In this document: piece after piece, positions 13,174-25,473 of the stretch
Layout: every line of letters starts with the position of its first letter
Numbering within the stretch: position 1 is the stretch's first letter
NCBI GenBank assembly: GCA_951406725.2
Contig: OX597832.1
Span: forward strand, 28,334,001-28,398,000
Source of the DNA: Octopus vulgaris
Lineage: Eukaryota
DNA length: 64,000 nt
Direction of reading: 5' to 3'
The notes under the pieces: model-generated
What the model was told of the DNA's origin: nothing
The model's input: only the letters and a program-made list of their open reading frames with translations
Database searches by the model: none
Position numbers and translations under genes: made by a program

Positions 13174-13220
13174 TTTATAAACAGACTGTTTCTGCATCAT
13201 TGAGCATCATCAGTGTAGAA
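13174..13220 (-). ncRNA. Hammerhead motif with intact core and decayed stem I
   Basis: Minus strand ttctaca-CTGATGA-TGC tcaatgat GCA-GAAA-CAG T CTG-TT-tataaa; stem I has two C-A mismatches. Confidence 0.6.
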
Positions 13221-14585
13221 TTACAGATATTCAGTTCATTACATTTTGGACAGAGAAACAGAGAAAGAAAAACAGAAAAGGTAGATTCATACAAGTTTTT
13301 TTAGGGGGTGGACAATGGGGGGGGGGGTAGAGAGAAAAAAAGCAACATTGAAGGGATTGAATAATTTATCAGATGAATTCAAATGAATATTTAAATACTG
13401 AAGTTTTAGTTTATAATCTAAAAAAAAATTAAAATTTTAGATTTGTTGGGAGAAAGGTTCCAAGACATTGCTGGAACTTGTAAGATGCAGGAATGGACCA
13501 GCACAAAGAGTAAAAGAGTTAGTTTAATCTTCCTGCATTGCCAAAGTTTTGCACAAATCAGAGGAAAAAAAAGCAGAAGTTCAGGATGACGTCATTACTC
13601 TGAGTTGCATTCTTTGTGTGGGGAAGTTTAGAGCAGCAATGGAGTGCATCATAAGCTTCTGTGTGTGTATGTGTGTGTGAGTGTGTGTATGTGTATATGT
13701 GTGTGTGTGTATACACAGATGTTGGGTAATTATCTGGAGAAGTACTCAGTACAAATAAAGTACAGTACTTTATTTAAGCCAGTCCAGAATAACAAATTAA
13801 TGAACTAACTTCTATAAGTTATATATATATATATATATATATATGGCCCCCCCTTATGAAGAAGAGGCCTCCTGATGAAGAGGAGGCCCTCTGGAGAAGA
13901 GCATTGGCCAGCTAAGGTCCTGTGCTGGTGTCATGTAAAAACACTTGTGGTGGTGCCACATTAAAAAGCATCCAAAACACTCTGTAAAGTGGTTGGCATT
14001 AGGAAAGGCTTGATTTGGCTTGGTTTCTATGGCTACATGCCCTTTAGGAAGAGCACCTAGCCTTAGAAACCAAACCAAATCAGACTGGAAGCTGATGCAG
14101 CTCTCTGACTTACCAGTTCCAGTCAAACAGTCCAACCCATGCCAGCAAGGAAAGTGGATATTAAATGATAATGATGATGATGATGATATATATATGGTAG
14201 GCCAGGTAGTATAATAAATTTGTTTTTCTGAAAATTCAACAATATTAAAACAACAGGATTATTTCAGAAAGGAAAAAAAAATATGAGCGAAAAGTTTTTA
14301 GAAATGAGATATAGATTATAGGTAGTCTATAAGATTATTTCAAACGTATTACTGGATTATCTCTTTATTACTGCAAAACTTCATTGTAACTGATATCAAA
14401 TATCTGCAGAACAGGAACAAAGTTGTAAAAGTAGAAAACAAAGAAGTGAATTTATTTACATTCAGATGATAAATTCTGCTTTATATGCTATGACTACACA
14501 CACGCACACGCACACAAGAATTTTTTGCATAATAAGATAAAAAAACCCAAGGCTGTATAGATATGAGAGCATTTATAGATAGAAG

Positions 14586-14637
14586 GTCTTACAGCTGTTT
14601 CTAGGATAGTAATTAATAATATCCCTTCATCGGAGAC
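14586..14637 (-). ncRNA. Hammerhead ribozyme motif, inverted partner copy with CCGAUGA core
   Basis: Near-exact reverse complement of 14759-14810, with core CCGATGA and one stem II change. Confidence 0.65.
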
Positions 14638-14758
14638 GGTGTGAGAGGAAAAATTGAGTCATAGTTAGTTTAGATGTGATACAAAATAGAGAATGAGGTG
14701 GAGGAAAGAAAATAGAATCACATCTAAACTAACTATGACTTAACTATCCTCTCACACC

Positions 14759-14810
14759 GTCTCTGATGAAGGGATATTATTAATTAATATCCTAGAAACA
14801 GCTGTAAGAC
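14759..14810 (+). ncRNA. Minimal type I hammerhead ribozyme (Penelope-like element type)
   Basis: GTCT-CTGATGA-aG GGATATTA ttaat TAATATCC Ta-GAAA-CAGCTG-TA-AGAC: stem I GTCT/AGAC, intact core, long stem II, palindromic stem III ACAGCTGT, GUA cleavage triplet. Confidence 0.8.
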
Positions 14811-15013
14811 CTTCTATCTATAAATGTTCTAATATCTATACAGCCTTGGTTTTTTATCTTATTATGCAAAATATTCTTTTATACACACGCTGACATAGAA
14901 CCAATGTTGAACCCTTTATTCACAATATTCCTGAATTCTGGAACTTAACTATGGTCTGTCTATAGCACTTCTTCAGCATTACCTGACACCTTTGGGTCTC
15001 AGTGACACCGTTA

Positions 15014-15082
<69 letters not shown>

Positions 15083-15429
15083 TATATGTTTCCTGTTAGG
15101 CTTAGAAGTGATGGATGGTGTCAGAATTTAACAATATAACAAATTACTCCAAATCCTTGCAAGAGTATCTGTGTAAATGGAACCAGGACTTATTAGTTTG
15201 TACTGGGATTAAGTTGTGCAAGTTATAATGAAGACAAACCAAATGGTATTTTGCAGTGACTATACACACACTACACACACACATATTCATTGTTGTACTT
15301 AGAGCCACATGTCGAAACCAGTACAGTTATAGTTTGGGCAAGTCCTATTCTATAAACACATCAAAAACAAGAACTTTATCAGAACAGCCAATTCTCACTG
15401 CCTTCAAATATGACTCACCCTAAATCCAA

Positions 15430-15469
<40 letters not shown>

Positions 15470-15701
15470 ATGTGTATATATACATATATACTCATGTAAT
15501 GTAAGTGTCTGATACTGTATTTATATCTTTTTAATTTTTGCTAACACTGATGAGGTGATGAGATGAATTAAGAGTATGTTTTTAACTATTATGTAATCAT
15601 GACTGTTGTTTGAGGAAACAATTGTATGTTTTATAAAGTCTAAATACCATATATGCTTTCCATACTTTATTAAATACACACTCTCTCTCTCTCTCTCTCT
15701 C

Positions 15702-15754
<53 letters not shown>

Positions 15755-16702
15755 TTCAAAAGTTGCTGAGGTTGATGCTTGAACGTGACATAAATCAATA
15801 TATGTAAAAGAAAGCAAAAATATATTAATTATATATATATAAAATATCTGATAATTATTTGAATACATCATAAAATAAATGGTAACAAGGAACAAAAAGT
15901 AAGACAAAAGAAAACCAACAAATAAAAAAAAAGAAGAAAAACAAACAAAAAGAAAACAACAAAACAACAAAAATCAATGACATCAGAATTTGTTCATCAT
16001 GGAAATGGGAACAAAACCTTTTTAAGAGAAACATGCAACAGGGGTCAAAAGCCAACTGAAAGGGAGAAGGTTGTTCTGAAAATAAGGGTTGTTACTATGA
16101 CCAAAGTTACATGCATTTCTTCAAATATCCGGGGTTTTCGTCTTCTATCTGTCAATGAAAAGAAAATATTTTGTGGCTTTCAAAGAAGGAGTCGAGTAAC
16201 CTGGTTTTAACACAAGTGATATTAAAGGGTTGGTCTAGTTTTTATCCCTGATAAGGATTAGGTTTAGTAAAACAGTTGAGAAATTTTAGGAGTTAAAATG
16301 TATTGGTAATGTTATATTTTCGCAGCCATAATCAAGTAGACCTAGGATCAAAGACATTCCATTTATGACCACCCAGTCTTTTATTTAGGTATAATCTATC
16401 TAGGATTACACTGTGCAATAAGTCTTTCTATTATTAAGGTAGTCAGTTGTGATTTGAGGGAGACTAAGCAGCTTTGTCTCATAGTTTTGGTTACCCATAT
16501 TGGTTCATTTTCTCATAATAAGGGAAGAAGTGTATTGCTGTTCAACTTTTTCAGTTTTCATTTCTGTTGCAATTCTATCACAGATATTAAATGGTATTAA
16601 TGTCATAAGGAAGATGAATGACTGCCACAACTTCCCCACTTAAAATTTCCTTAAAACTTATAGTTTCTTGTCCATGTAAAAAAAAAACAGCTGACATCAC
16701 TC

Positions 16703-16745
16703 AGCCACCTGAAGAGGTGCAATAACACAGAAACATGTCTTTTAC
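16703..16745 (+). ncRNA. Degenerate hammerhead motif
   Basis: CTGAAGA-gGTG caataa CACa-GAAA-CATG-TC with palindromic stem III ACATGT; stem I not preserved. Confidence 0.45.
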
Positions 16746-17695
16746 TGTCACCAGTCAGTTTGTTAAAGACCCCTTCAGTTTGTCTTGTCTTGATTTTAAT
16801 CAGTTGGTATTAATAGAGTTATCTACCTTGATTAACATAAACAAAGTAAGAAAGAGGTTAACACTGGTTCCTGTTTTTAAGTGAAAACATTTTACTTACA
16901 TGTCAGAACTGTCTGGAATACAGCATGACTGCCACAAAATCTCATTTACTGTAACATAAATACGCAGCCTTGAAAAGAAATGTTGCTTAAGCTTCTTAGA
17001 ATAATGTTTAAAACATCAAAAATTGGGAAAGAAAGATTTATTGGTCTTCACCTGGAATCACCACCGTCTTTCCCTTCTATTCTTTCTCAATTATAGGGGC
17101 CACTTTAGGCCCTTAGCCTTGCTGGTTACAAGGTAATCATCACAAAGGACAAAAGAAGCACCCAGTATACTTGGTAATGTGGTTGGCATCAGGAAAAGTC
17201 CCTTGCTGTATGGACCATGCTAAAAGGGACATTTGTACTTGATGCAGTCCTTCAGTTTATCAGACCCTGTCAAACCATCCAACTCATGCCAGCATGAAAG
17301 GTGGACGTTAAATGATGATGATGAGGAGGAGGAGGAAAGAGTTTCATAATCTATAATTTCAAACCATTCCATGCTATACAACACATTGAATTGTCTACAA
17401 TCACTATAATCTAAGATTTCTTTGAATGCATTCTTTGGATTGTAACATGCAAGATAACTTTGCTGTGCTTAAATCAAGCCATCCACGTTCCTGGAAGGAA
17501 ACTCTTTGACTGGTTCTTCTATGATCTAGACATAGTGTAGTGTCAGTGCTATCTGAATGCTTGGGCTCTTTGGAAAGCTGACTGGGGCTTCACAAGCCTA
17601 AGGGACCCATGACTTGCTGTTAATAAATACTTCAGGGCCCAGTGACTTGCTTAATCCTGTGGGCTGTTATAATGTTGCTAAGGTGATTCAGCATA

Positions 17696-17726
<31 letters not shown>

Positions 17727-18071
17727 AGGAGGGAGAGAGAGAGAGTGGGTGGGTAGAATAACCAACTTTAGGAACTGAGTAGTGCTTTATCAAAGTTGAT
17801 TCCAGTGGCATTTGAACTCAGGACACACACCATCATCATCATCATCATCATCGTCGTCGTCATTGAACATCTGTTTCCAATGCTGGCATGGGTTGGACGG
17901 TTCGACCAGGATCTGGGAAGCCAGGAGGCTGCATCAGGCTCCAGTCTGATCTGGCAGTGTTTCTACAACTGGATGCCCTTCCTAATGCCAACCACTCCGA
18001 GAGTGCAGTGGGTGCTTTTTACATGCCATCAGCACAGGGGACAGAGGGGACTGGCAACACACACACACACA

Positions 18072-18132
<61 letters not shown>

Positions 18133-18344
18133 GCATATATATTTGATAATTTATACAACTTGGGTGATGACTTATACACCCCATCATCAAGCATTATTTG
18201 TTTTATTAAAAGGGGAAGGAAAGGAAAATGTAACAATTTCTGCAAAGCATCTGCTCACTGCAGCAAGCATTCTGTCAAACGAATTTCTTTGTTTTATAAC
18301 TGCTGTTGTAAGTAATAATAATAATGATAATAATATAATAATAG

Positions 18345-18648
18345 TCAAGACAAAGAGTGCAATTCGATTGTAATAGATATTTCATTGGCTGAACAATATT
18401 TCAACAGTAAGTCTGTCTTTGTCATCAAGTTCAAAATAAGAAGTGATAAAATTGTTAACTTAAAGACTGATGATGTCATTCCATCAACGTGTGGACACTG
18501 GTTGCCCTCGTTCATACTTTATGTTTAAATTTCTATAATTTTGAATTTTTATCACTTCTTATTTTGAACTTGACAAAGACAGACGTACTGTTGAAATATC
18601 GTTCAACTAATAAAATATCTTACAATCGAATTGCGCTCTTTGTCTTGA
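18345..18648. mobile_element. Foldback/MITE-like element with about 105-bp imperfect inverted arms inside an (AAT)n tract
   Basis: 18345-18453 is the reverse complement of about 18544-18648. Confidence 0.7.
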
Positions 18649-18663
18649 ATAATAACAATAATG

Positions 18664-18733
<70 letters not shown>

Positions 18734-19328
18734 CAATAATAATAATAGTATTCAAATGTAAAGAATGCTTAAAACTCTGCAACACTTATGGTTTTGTCAT
18801 TGTCTTTCAATAATAGTATGGTATTTGAAGTGTAAAAAATTATTTACAATGATATTTTAGGGTCAAGAATAAATGTTTTTAAACCTAAATCATTTGAATG
18901 AAAATAAGAATTTATTTTTGTTTGAAGAAAAGTAAATTGAGTTCAGACCTTGGTACTTTAAGACTTTAGAGAAACGAATATATTTATTATGTAAAAGATG
19001 TATTAAAAAGATGGGAACAATAATTAAATGGAAAAATTAATTACAATTATTTTTAAAAAATACCCGTTAAAGTTAGTAATTGAAGAGAATTTCAAGGGTT
19101 TTGGAAAGAAAAACATGGGAAAAGACTGTTAGAATGGTGCTAATGTAAACTGCTAGAACACAAGGCTATACCAAAATGGTGCTAATTTTACACAGTAGAA
19201 GGACAAAACATAGTGCGAAAAGCCCCATGATATTGAGAACTGGGTATGACAATAGGAATTGGCATGCAAACTGGTGGAGGGTAAATGTTCACACCGAAAA
19301 CGGGAGGGAATTTCAAGTAAATAGAAAC

Positions 19329-19445
19329 CTTTTTCTTTCGAGGTAATTTTTGTTCCGTTATTAGCTTCTGGGTCTCAGACAAAGAGAATACAACACTGTT
19401 GGGTTGAAAAATCTCAGAATTTACATCAATTTTAGCATCACGATG
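19329..19445 (-). CDS. Candidate alternative anoctamin N-terminal exon (possibly composite, extendable to a stop at 19188)
   Basis: Very strong acceptor (ttctttattcttctccttcag|). Phase-0 reading HRDAKIDVNSEIFQPNSVVFSLSETQKLITEQKLPRKKK, weak donor AAG|GTTTCT; the frame stays open to TAA at 19190-19188. No homology recognised. Confidence 0.45.
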
Positions 19446-19604
19446 CTGAAGGAGAAGAATAAAGAAATAAAGAAGAAGGAAAAGAAAGAAACGATTCTAA
19501 ACCCAGTTGAAATTTTAATGTCTAGAATTTTCCATGAAGATGAATAAAAAGTAAATGTTAATATAACAATTATTTTTATGGAATTAATGCCACCATAAAG
19601 ATGC

Positions 19605-19741
<137 letters not shown>

Positions 19742-19742
19742 T

Positions 19743-19773
<31 letters not shown>

Positions 19774-21174
19774 GTATATATATGTATATATATATATGTA
19801 TATATATTTATATATATATATATATGTATGTATATATATATATGGGGTTAATGTACAATTGTAAATTTTACGAGTTGAATTAATATAAGGATTTACAACA
19901 TTACACATCATAACTTGGAATAAAATAAATTTATTAAATGGAATGAAAATGGTAAGAATTGTCTTCTGGAAGAGAGAAGATTACATGAGAGAAATGAACA
20001 GAATGAATAATTAAGTGAAAAAATAAATATATATATAAATAAATAAATGAATAGACATAAAAATCATTTTTAAAAATGCTGTTGAAATTCACTGCTTTTA
20101 TTTCGGATAATTTAGAAAAACAATGAAGAATTTAATGAAATGTCTGGTATTTGGAAGATAAATTAACAAGGAATCTTAATGGAAGGTTTACATTTAAATC
20201 AGTTTCAAAAAGGAAGTTTGTTTCAAAGAACAAGATTTGGTCTCGGGTGCATTAGGGGTGGTCTAAGGTTGATTGATGCCAAAAGGGTTCAGTCATGCAA
20301 TGTTTGGTCAGATATATTCATGTCCTGACCAAACACTCTTGGAGTAATTCCTGAAACACGTTTGTAGTTCCAAGAACGGTCTACATTATGAAGAACCAGA
20401 GGCAAGGAGGAAAGAAAGAAGGAAGGAGTGACTTAAGAGATTATCTGTGATAAGAAAATGAAATTAAGGATTCTGAAAACATTGCCTAGCAACGCAACAG
20501 TGGTAATCTTCATGTTTTCAGCTGGAAGGGTGGTGATGGAGGTGGAGATATGGTGACAGTGGCGGTGGTGGTGGTGCCGGTAGTGATGACAACAGTTGGT
20601 GGTAATTGTGATGACGATGATGATGATGATGATTACGGCGATGACAATAATGGACGACAGTGGCTCAATTATGATGACGATGACGATGATAGTGATTGTG
20701 ATGACGATGATAGTGATGGTGATGACAGCTACGGCAACGGTGATGATGATGGATGGATGCAGCAACAGCGATGATGGTAATAGCAATTACGGAGGACAAT
20801 GACAGTGATGGCTTAAGTAATGGTGGTGGTGGTGGTGATGACGAACCTCACCTCTTGGATGAATTTTATTTACTTCTTTACCTGACAGAAAAATAAAGAA
20901 ATTACAGGTGAGAGGTGACAACGAGAGTCGTTAACAGAATCGTTAACAGTAAAAAATGGTTTATTTTTCAATATGAAGTAGTTTTGATCCTTTTAATTAT
21001 GAAAAGTCTGTGATTATGGTCTGATAATAGTTTGCGGGAGTGGGGACAGGTGTGTCATAGAAGGGGGCTGGAGGAGGAAGGGGAGAGAGAGAGAGTGAGA
21101 GAGAAAGAGAAGGCATCAGTGTAAGAGAAAGAGAGAGAATCAGTGAAGCAGAAGGAAAATGAAAGAATTAGGTG

Positions 21175-21216
<42 letters not shown>

Positions 21217-21230
21217 GCTACATTATATAT

Positions 21231-21679
21231 GTTAGTTAGTTAGTTAATTTTTTGGTCCAAAAAGCAAAAAAGCAAGGCCATGTAGGGGGAAATGGAGTTA
21301 TGTTCAGGGTGGTGTTCATGTAAAGAGTTCAGGCCACTTGTGGTCAAGGGAGACTTTGAACCGAGCGGTCGTCGGCATCTTCACTATCTCGTCCGGCAGC
21401 TTGTTCCACAGATCCGCAACCCGGACAGGAGAAAGCCCCTCTCCTTCGATTGAGATGAAATCGTCGCAGATAGAGCTTTTCGGAATGACCCCACAGCTGA
21501 CGCTCTGGAGCAGGAGTGAAGAACAGCTCTTTCGAGAGGTTACACTTTCCGCTTATGATGTTGTGAGCAAGAATGAGATCACCACGGCGTCGTCGTTTTT
21601 CTAGAGAATAAAGGTCGAGCGTCTTCAGCCTTTCTTCATAAGACAAATTCTTGAGACCAAGAACCATGCGGGTAGCCAG

Positions 21680-21680
<1 letters not shown>
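21231..21680 (-). mobile_element. CR1-clade LINE, 5'-truncated 3' end
   Basis: ATRMVLGLKNLSYEERLKTLDLYSLEKRRRRGDLI...GHSEKL, then frameshifted RVADPWNKLP...FKVSLD, typical of the CR1 ORF2 C-terminus; (CTAA)n tail. Confidence 0.9.
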
Positions 21681-21712
<32 letters not shown>

Positions 21713-21714
21713 GT

Positions 21715-22241
21715 GGAGGCACAATGGCCCAGTGGTTAGGGCAGCGCACTCGCAGTCATAGGAACGCAGTTTTGATTCCCAGACCGGGCGTTGTGGGTGT
21801 TTATTGAGCAAAAACACCTAAAGCTCCACGAGGCTCCAGCAGGGGATGGTGGTGATCCCTGCTGTACTCTTTCACCACAACTTTCTCTCACTCTTACTTC
21901 CTGTTTCTGTTGTACCTGTATTTCAAAGGGCCGGCCTTGTCACTCTCTGTGTCACGCTGAATATCCCTGAGAACTGCATTAAGGGTACACGTGTCTGTGG
22001 AGTGCTCAGCCACTTACACGTTAATTTCACAAGTAAGCTGCTCCGTTGATTTGGATCAACCGGAACCCTCATCGTTGTAACCGACGGAGTGCTTCCATCC
22101 ATTATATATATATGTGGAGGCACAATGGCCCAGTGGTTATGGCAGTGCACTTGCAGTCATAGGAACGCGGTTTTGATTCCCAGACTGGGCATTGTGAGTG
22201 TTTATTGAGTGTTTATTGAGCGAAAACACCTAAAGCTCCAC
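21715..22241 (+). mobile_element. tRNA-derived SINE family D, full copy plus tandem truncated copy from 22115
   Basis: Head ggcccagtggttagggcagcg...gattcccagacc; near-identical to 37376-37765 on the other strand. Confidence 0.85.
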
Positions 22242-23153
22242 TACTGAGGCAAGAGCAAACAAATCGAAATTGCTGACATGGCTGATAACAGTACCGCCTG
22301 ATTGGCACTTGTGCCAGTTTAAGGTTAAAAGCATATCCGAGCACGATTGTTGCCAGGGCCACGGATTGGCTCTTGTGCTGGTGAAAAGCACCATTCGAGC
22401 GTGATCTTTGCCAGTGTCGCCTTACCAGCACATGTGCTGGTGACACATGAAATGCAACATTCGAGCGTGGACATTGCCAGTGCCATCACTGCTTTTAATA
22501 CAACAACAACAACAACAATAATAATAATAATAATAAGCCTTTTTACTGAGAGCACAAGGCCTCAGATTTGGGGGAAGGGATTAAGTTGATTACATTGACC
22601 CCAGTGTTTCACTGGTACTTAATTTATTGACCCCGAAAGGATGAAAGGCAAAGTCAACTTCAGTGGAATTTGAAATCAGAATATTGTGACAGACGAAATA
22701 TCACTTGACATATCACACAGCATGCTAACGATTCTACCAGCTTGCCGTCTTCTTAGTAGTAGTAGTAGTAATAATAATAATAATAATTTATTTCTTTACT
22801 ACCCACAAGGGGCTAAACACAGAGGGGACAAACAAGGACAGACAAAGGGATTAAGTCGATTACATCGACCCCAGTGCGTATTTGGTACTTAATTTATCGA
22901 CCCCGAAAGGATGAAAGGCAAAGTCGACCTCGGCGGAATTTGAACTCAGGACGTAATGGCAGATGAAATAATAATGGTTTCAAAGTTTTGGCAGAGGGTC
23001 AGCAGCTTTTGAGGAGAAGGGTAAGTCAAAGATAGATGAAACACTGCTAAGCATTTTGTCCAGTATGCTAATGGTTCTGCTAGCTTGCCACTTTGATGAT
23101 AATAATAATAATAATAATAATAACGATAATAATTTTTTAAATATATATTTTAC

Positions 23154-23204
23154 CTGTGAGTTTGCGTGTGTAATCAGGGAATGCGTACTATGAGCTTCTC
23201 TGCC
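23154..23204 (-). CDS. Candidate 51-nt cassette exon of the anoctamin N-terminus
   Basis: cctag| ... CAG|GTAAAA with a pyrimidine-rich upstream tract. Only phase 0 is stop-free (GREAHSTHSLITHANSQ), the phase required between its neighbours. Confidence 0.45.
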
Positions 23205-23264
23205 CTAGGTTTACGGAAAATACTCGGTGAGAAATGAAAGAAAATTTGAAGAAAGAAGGTAAAA

Positions 23265-23299
<35 letters not shown>

Positions 23300-23896
23300 T
23301 ATTATAATAATAATAATAATAGTAATTTTCCATAGAGTAATGAAGAACCAAGACGACTAATTACAAAATTAAGGATTCATAACTGAAAGGCAAGAATTTT
23401 ACAAGACAGAAAAGAAACGGTACCTATTGATTGAGACTCAAAAGAAAGAGAAAGTTAACTACAGTTGAATTTGAACTCCTAATGCAACAAAGTATTATTA
23501 TCCCCTGACCAACTGGTCAGTCAGTCCACCACCCCCATCTCTCAGGAGTTTATAATATCAGCACAAGAGAGGGGGTGATGATGATGACGATGTCAGTATG
23601 AGTGACCCTGACCCATCCTCAAGGGATTTAAACTCAGAACACACCGTATTTTCCAGTGAACAAGTGGAATTTTTCAGGCCAAAATTTATAGCCTCCAAAA
23701 GAAAGTAGATTGAATTCTTCTACATCAAGACAAATTTGGGGAAACAAAAATTCCATGTGAAATGCAACAAAGATTTTGAAAAATGGTGATAATGTTTGAT
23801 TGTTTTCAAGTTCACACTATATACTACGTTGACGCGTATACTCTTTGTGTGTACACACTATATACTCTGCTGACATGTATATACAATGTATACGAA

Positions 23897-24128
23897 AGGC
23901 GGCGAGCTGGTAGAATCGTTAGCATGCCGGGTGAAATGCTTAGCAGTATTTTATCTGCCGTTACGTTCTGAGTTCAAATTCCACCGAGGTCGACTTTGCC
24001 TTTCATCCTTTCGGGGTCGATAAATTAAGTACCAGTTACGCACTGGGATCGATATAATCGACTTAATCCCTTTGTCTGTCCTTGTTTGTCCCCTCTGTGT
24101 TTAGCCCCTTGTGGGTAGTAAAGAAATA
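23897..24128 (+). mobile_element. SINE family A (Deu/Nin-like core)
   Basis: Core gtcgactttgcctttcatcctttcggggtcgataaattaagtaccag. Further copies at about 11712-11900(+), 22540-22970(-), 33930-34137(-), 35805-36170(-), 38760-39236(-), 49795-50005(-), 55610-55820(-), 58262-58430(+), 62100-62240(-). Confidence 0.85.
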
Positions 24129-25435
24129 TATACTATGTATACACACATATACTCGTCGACAGGCCAGTAAATAAAATTAAAAGAGAGCAGTTTTATCCTT
24201 GTTGTCTTTATGTCTCCATAGCTAAAAGGGAAATTTTTAATTCATCGTTGACCCAAGCACATGGATTATACATGGAGATTAAATGGAATGAGGGTCAGTA
24301 TTTTATCTTTTTTCAATTTCCTGCCTCTTTAATTCTTCTTTAAATTCAATGTTAAGCATTTTTTATTTCAGTTTTTTTTTTTTAATTGCAAAAATCCTTT
24401 TTTTCTTTCAATAGTTTTGGATTTTTGTTTTATGTATGTGGGTGGTAGATGCCTTAGGGAAGGGAGTGGCCTGTACCCTGCCAATGGTACAGCCCTTCCC
24501 ATCTCCGGAAGCTTGGGCACTTACTGTGACCAGACCATGTGTCTTTTCACTTATAACCAACAGAGGATGACCAGCCAAATTCTTCACAGCTACCTACTTC
24601 CAAGTTCAGGACTTTCCCCATCAACATTGAACAGATCACATTAAGACAGTTTTTTGGTTGAATGATTTCGACAGGGGTCGGTTTAAGAAAAACAGAGCTA
24701 CAACTCTAAACACTATCACCCTTATTTCAAATAATCCAAAGTAAGTTTTTACCATATAAGGGTTACAAAGCAAAAAGGTGGGGGCGAGTCTTCAACATAG
24801 TGGCATAAGTCGCACAAGAACACGAGGAACAAAGTTCATAGCATCCATTGGTCACTCAGAAATGAAGGGTATAAGCTGTCAGACTAATAGAAGGGGGTCA
24901 AATGTTTAACATAAATGGGTCTTGCAACAACATAGGGTGTAATTTATCAGCATATGAAGGGTATAAGCTGTCAGCTTCCACTTATCATATGGTAACAAAC
25001 AAATCGGAGTCCTCAACATCCAGAGATCATACAATAACAGAAGGGTTTATTCCTCATCATACTTGGGTCTCAGACTAATAGAAGGGGGTCAAATGTTTAA
25101 CATAAATGGGTCTTGCATCAACATAGGGTGTAATTTATCAGCATATTTGGATCATTAGCAACCGAGGTGCCAAATTATCGACATACGCAGGTGACACAGC
25201 AAAAGAGGAGGGAGGTCCTCAACCTACACAGTCGCAGGGTAACATTAAAACATAGAAATATTGCAACAGCGGTCCTTCATGCAAGGGAAAATGTAAATCT
25301 ATACAGGATGTGTGTGACCACTATTGTTACAGGTAGGGGGGGATGTTTTTGCATGGATAGGATTATTTGTGTGTAGGTGTATGTGTGTGTGTGTGTATGT
25401 AGGAGTTGTATGAATGGGTGTACATGTGGGAGGTC

Positions 25436-25473
<38 letters not shown>

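Larger units (their letters stand above)
14516..14878. mobile_element. Tail-to-tail inverted repeat of a Penelope-like element end (about 165-bp arms)
   Basis: 14516-14680 is a near-perfect reverse complement of 14717-14878, and each arm holds a hammerhead motif. Confidence 0.7.

Noticed and set aside
15290-15330. cttagagccacatgtcgaaaccagtacag as a hammerhead
   Set aside because: The topology is suggestive but the core and both stems are damaged; too degenerate to list as a feature.
18467-18505. CTGATGA plus a TGTC/GACA stem in the foldback spacer as a hammerhead
   Set aside because: No GAAA box follows the stem.
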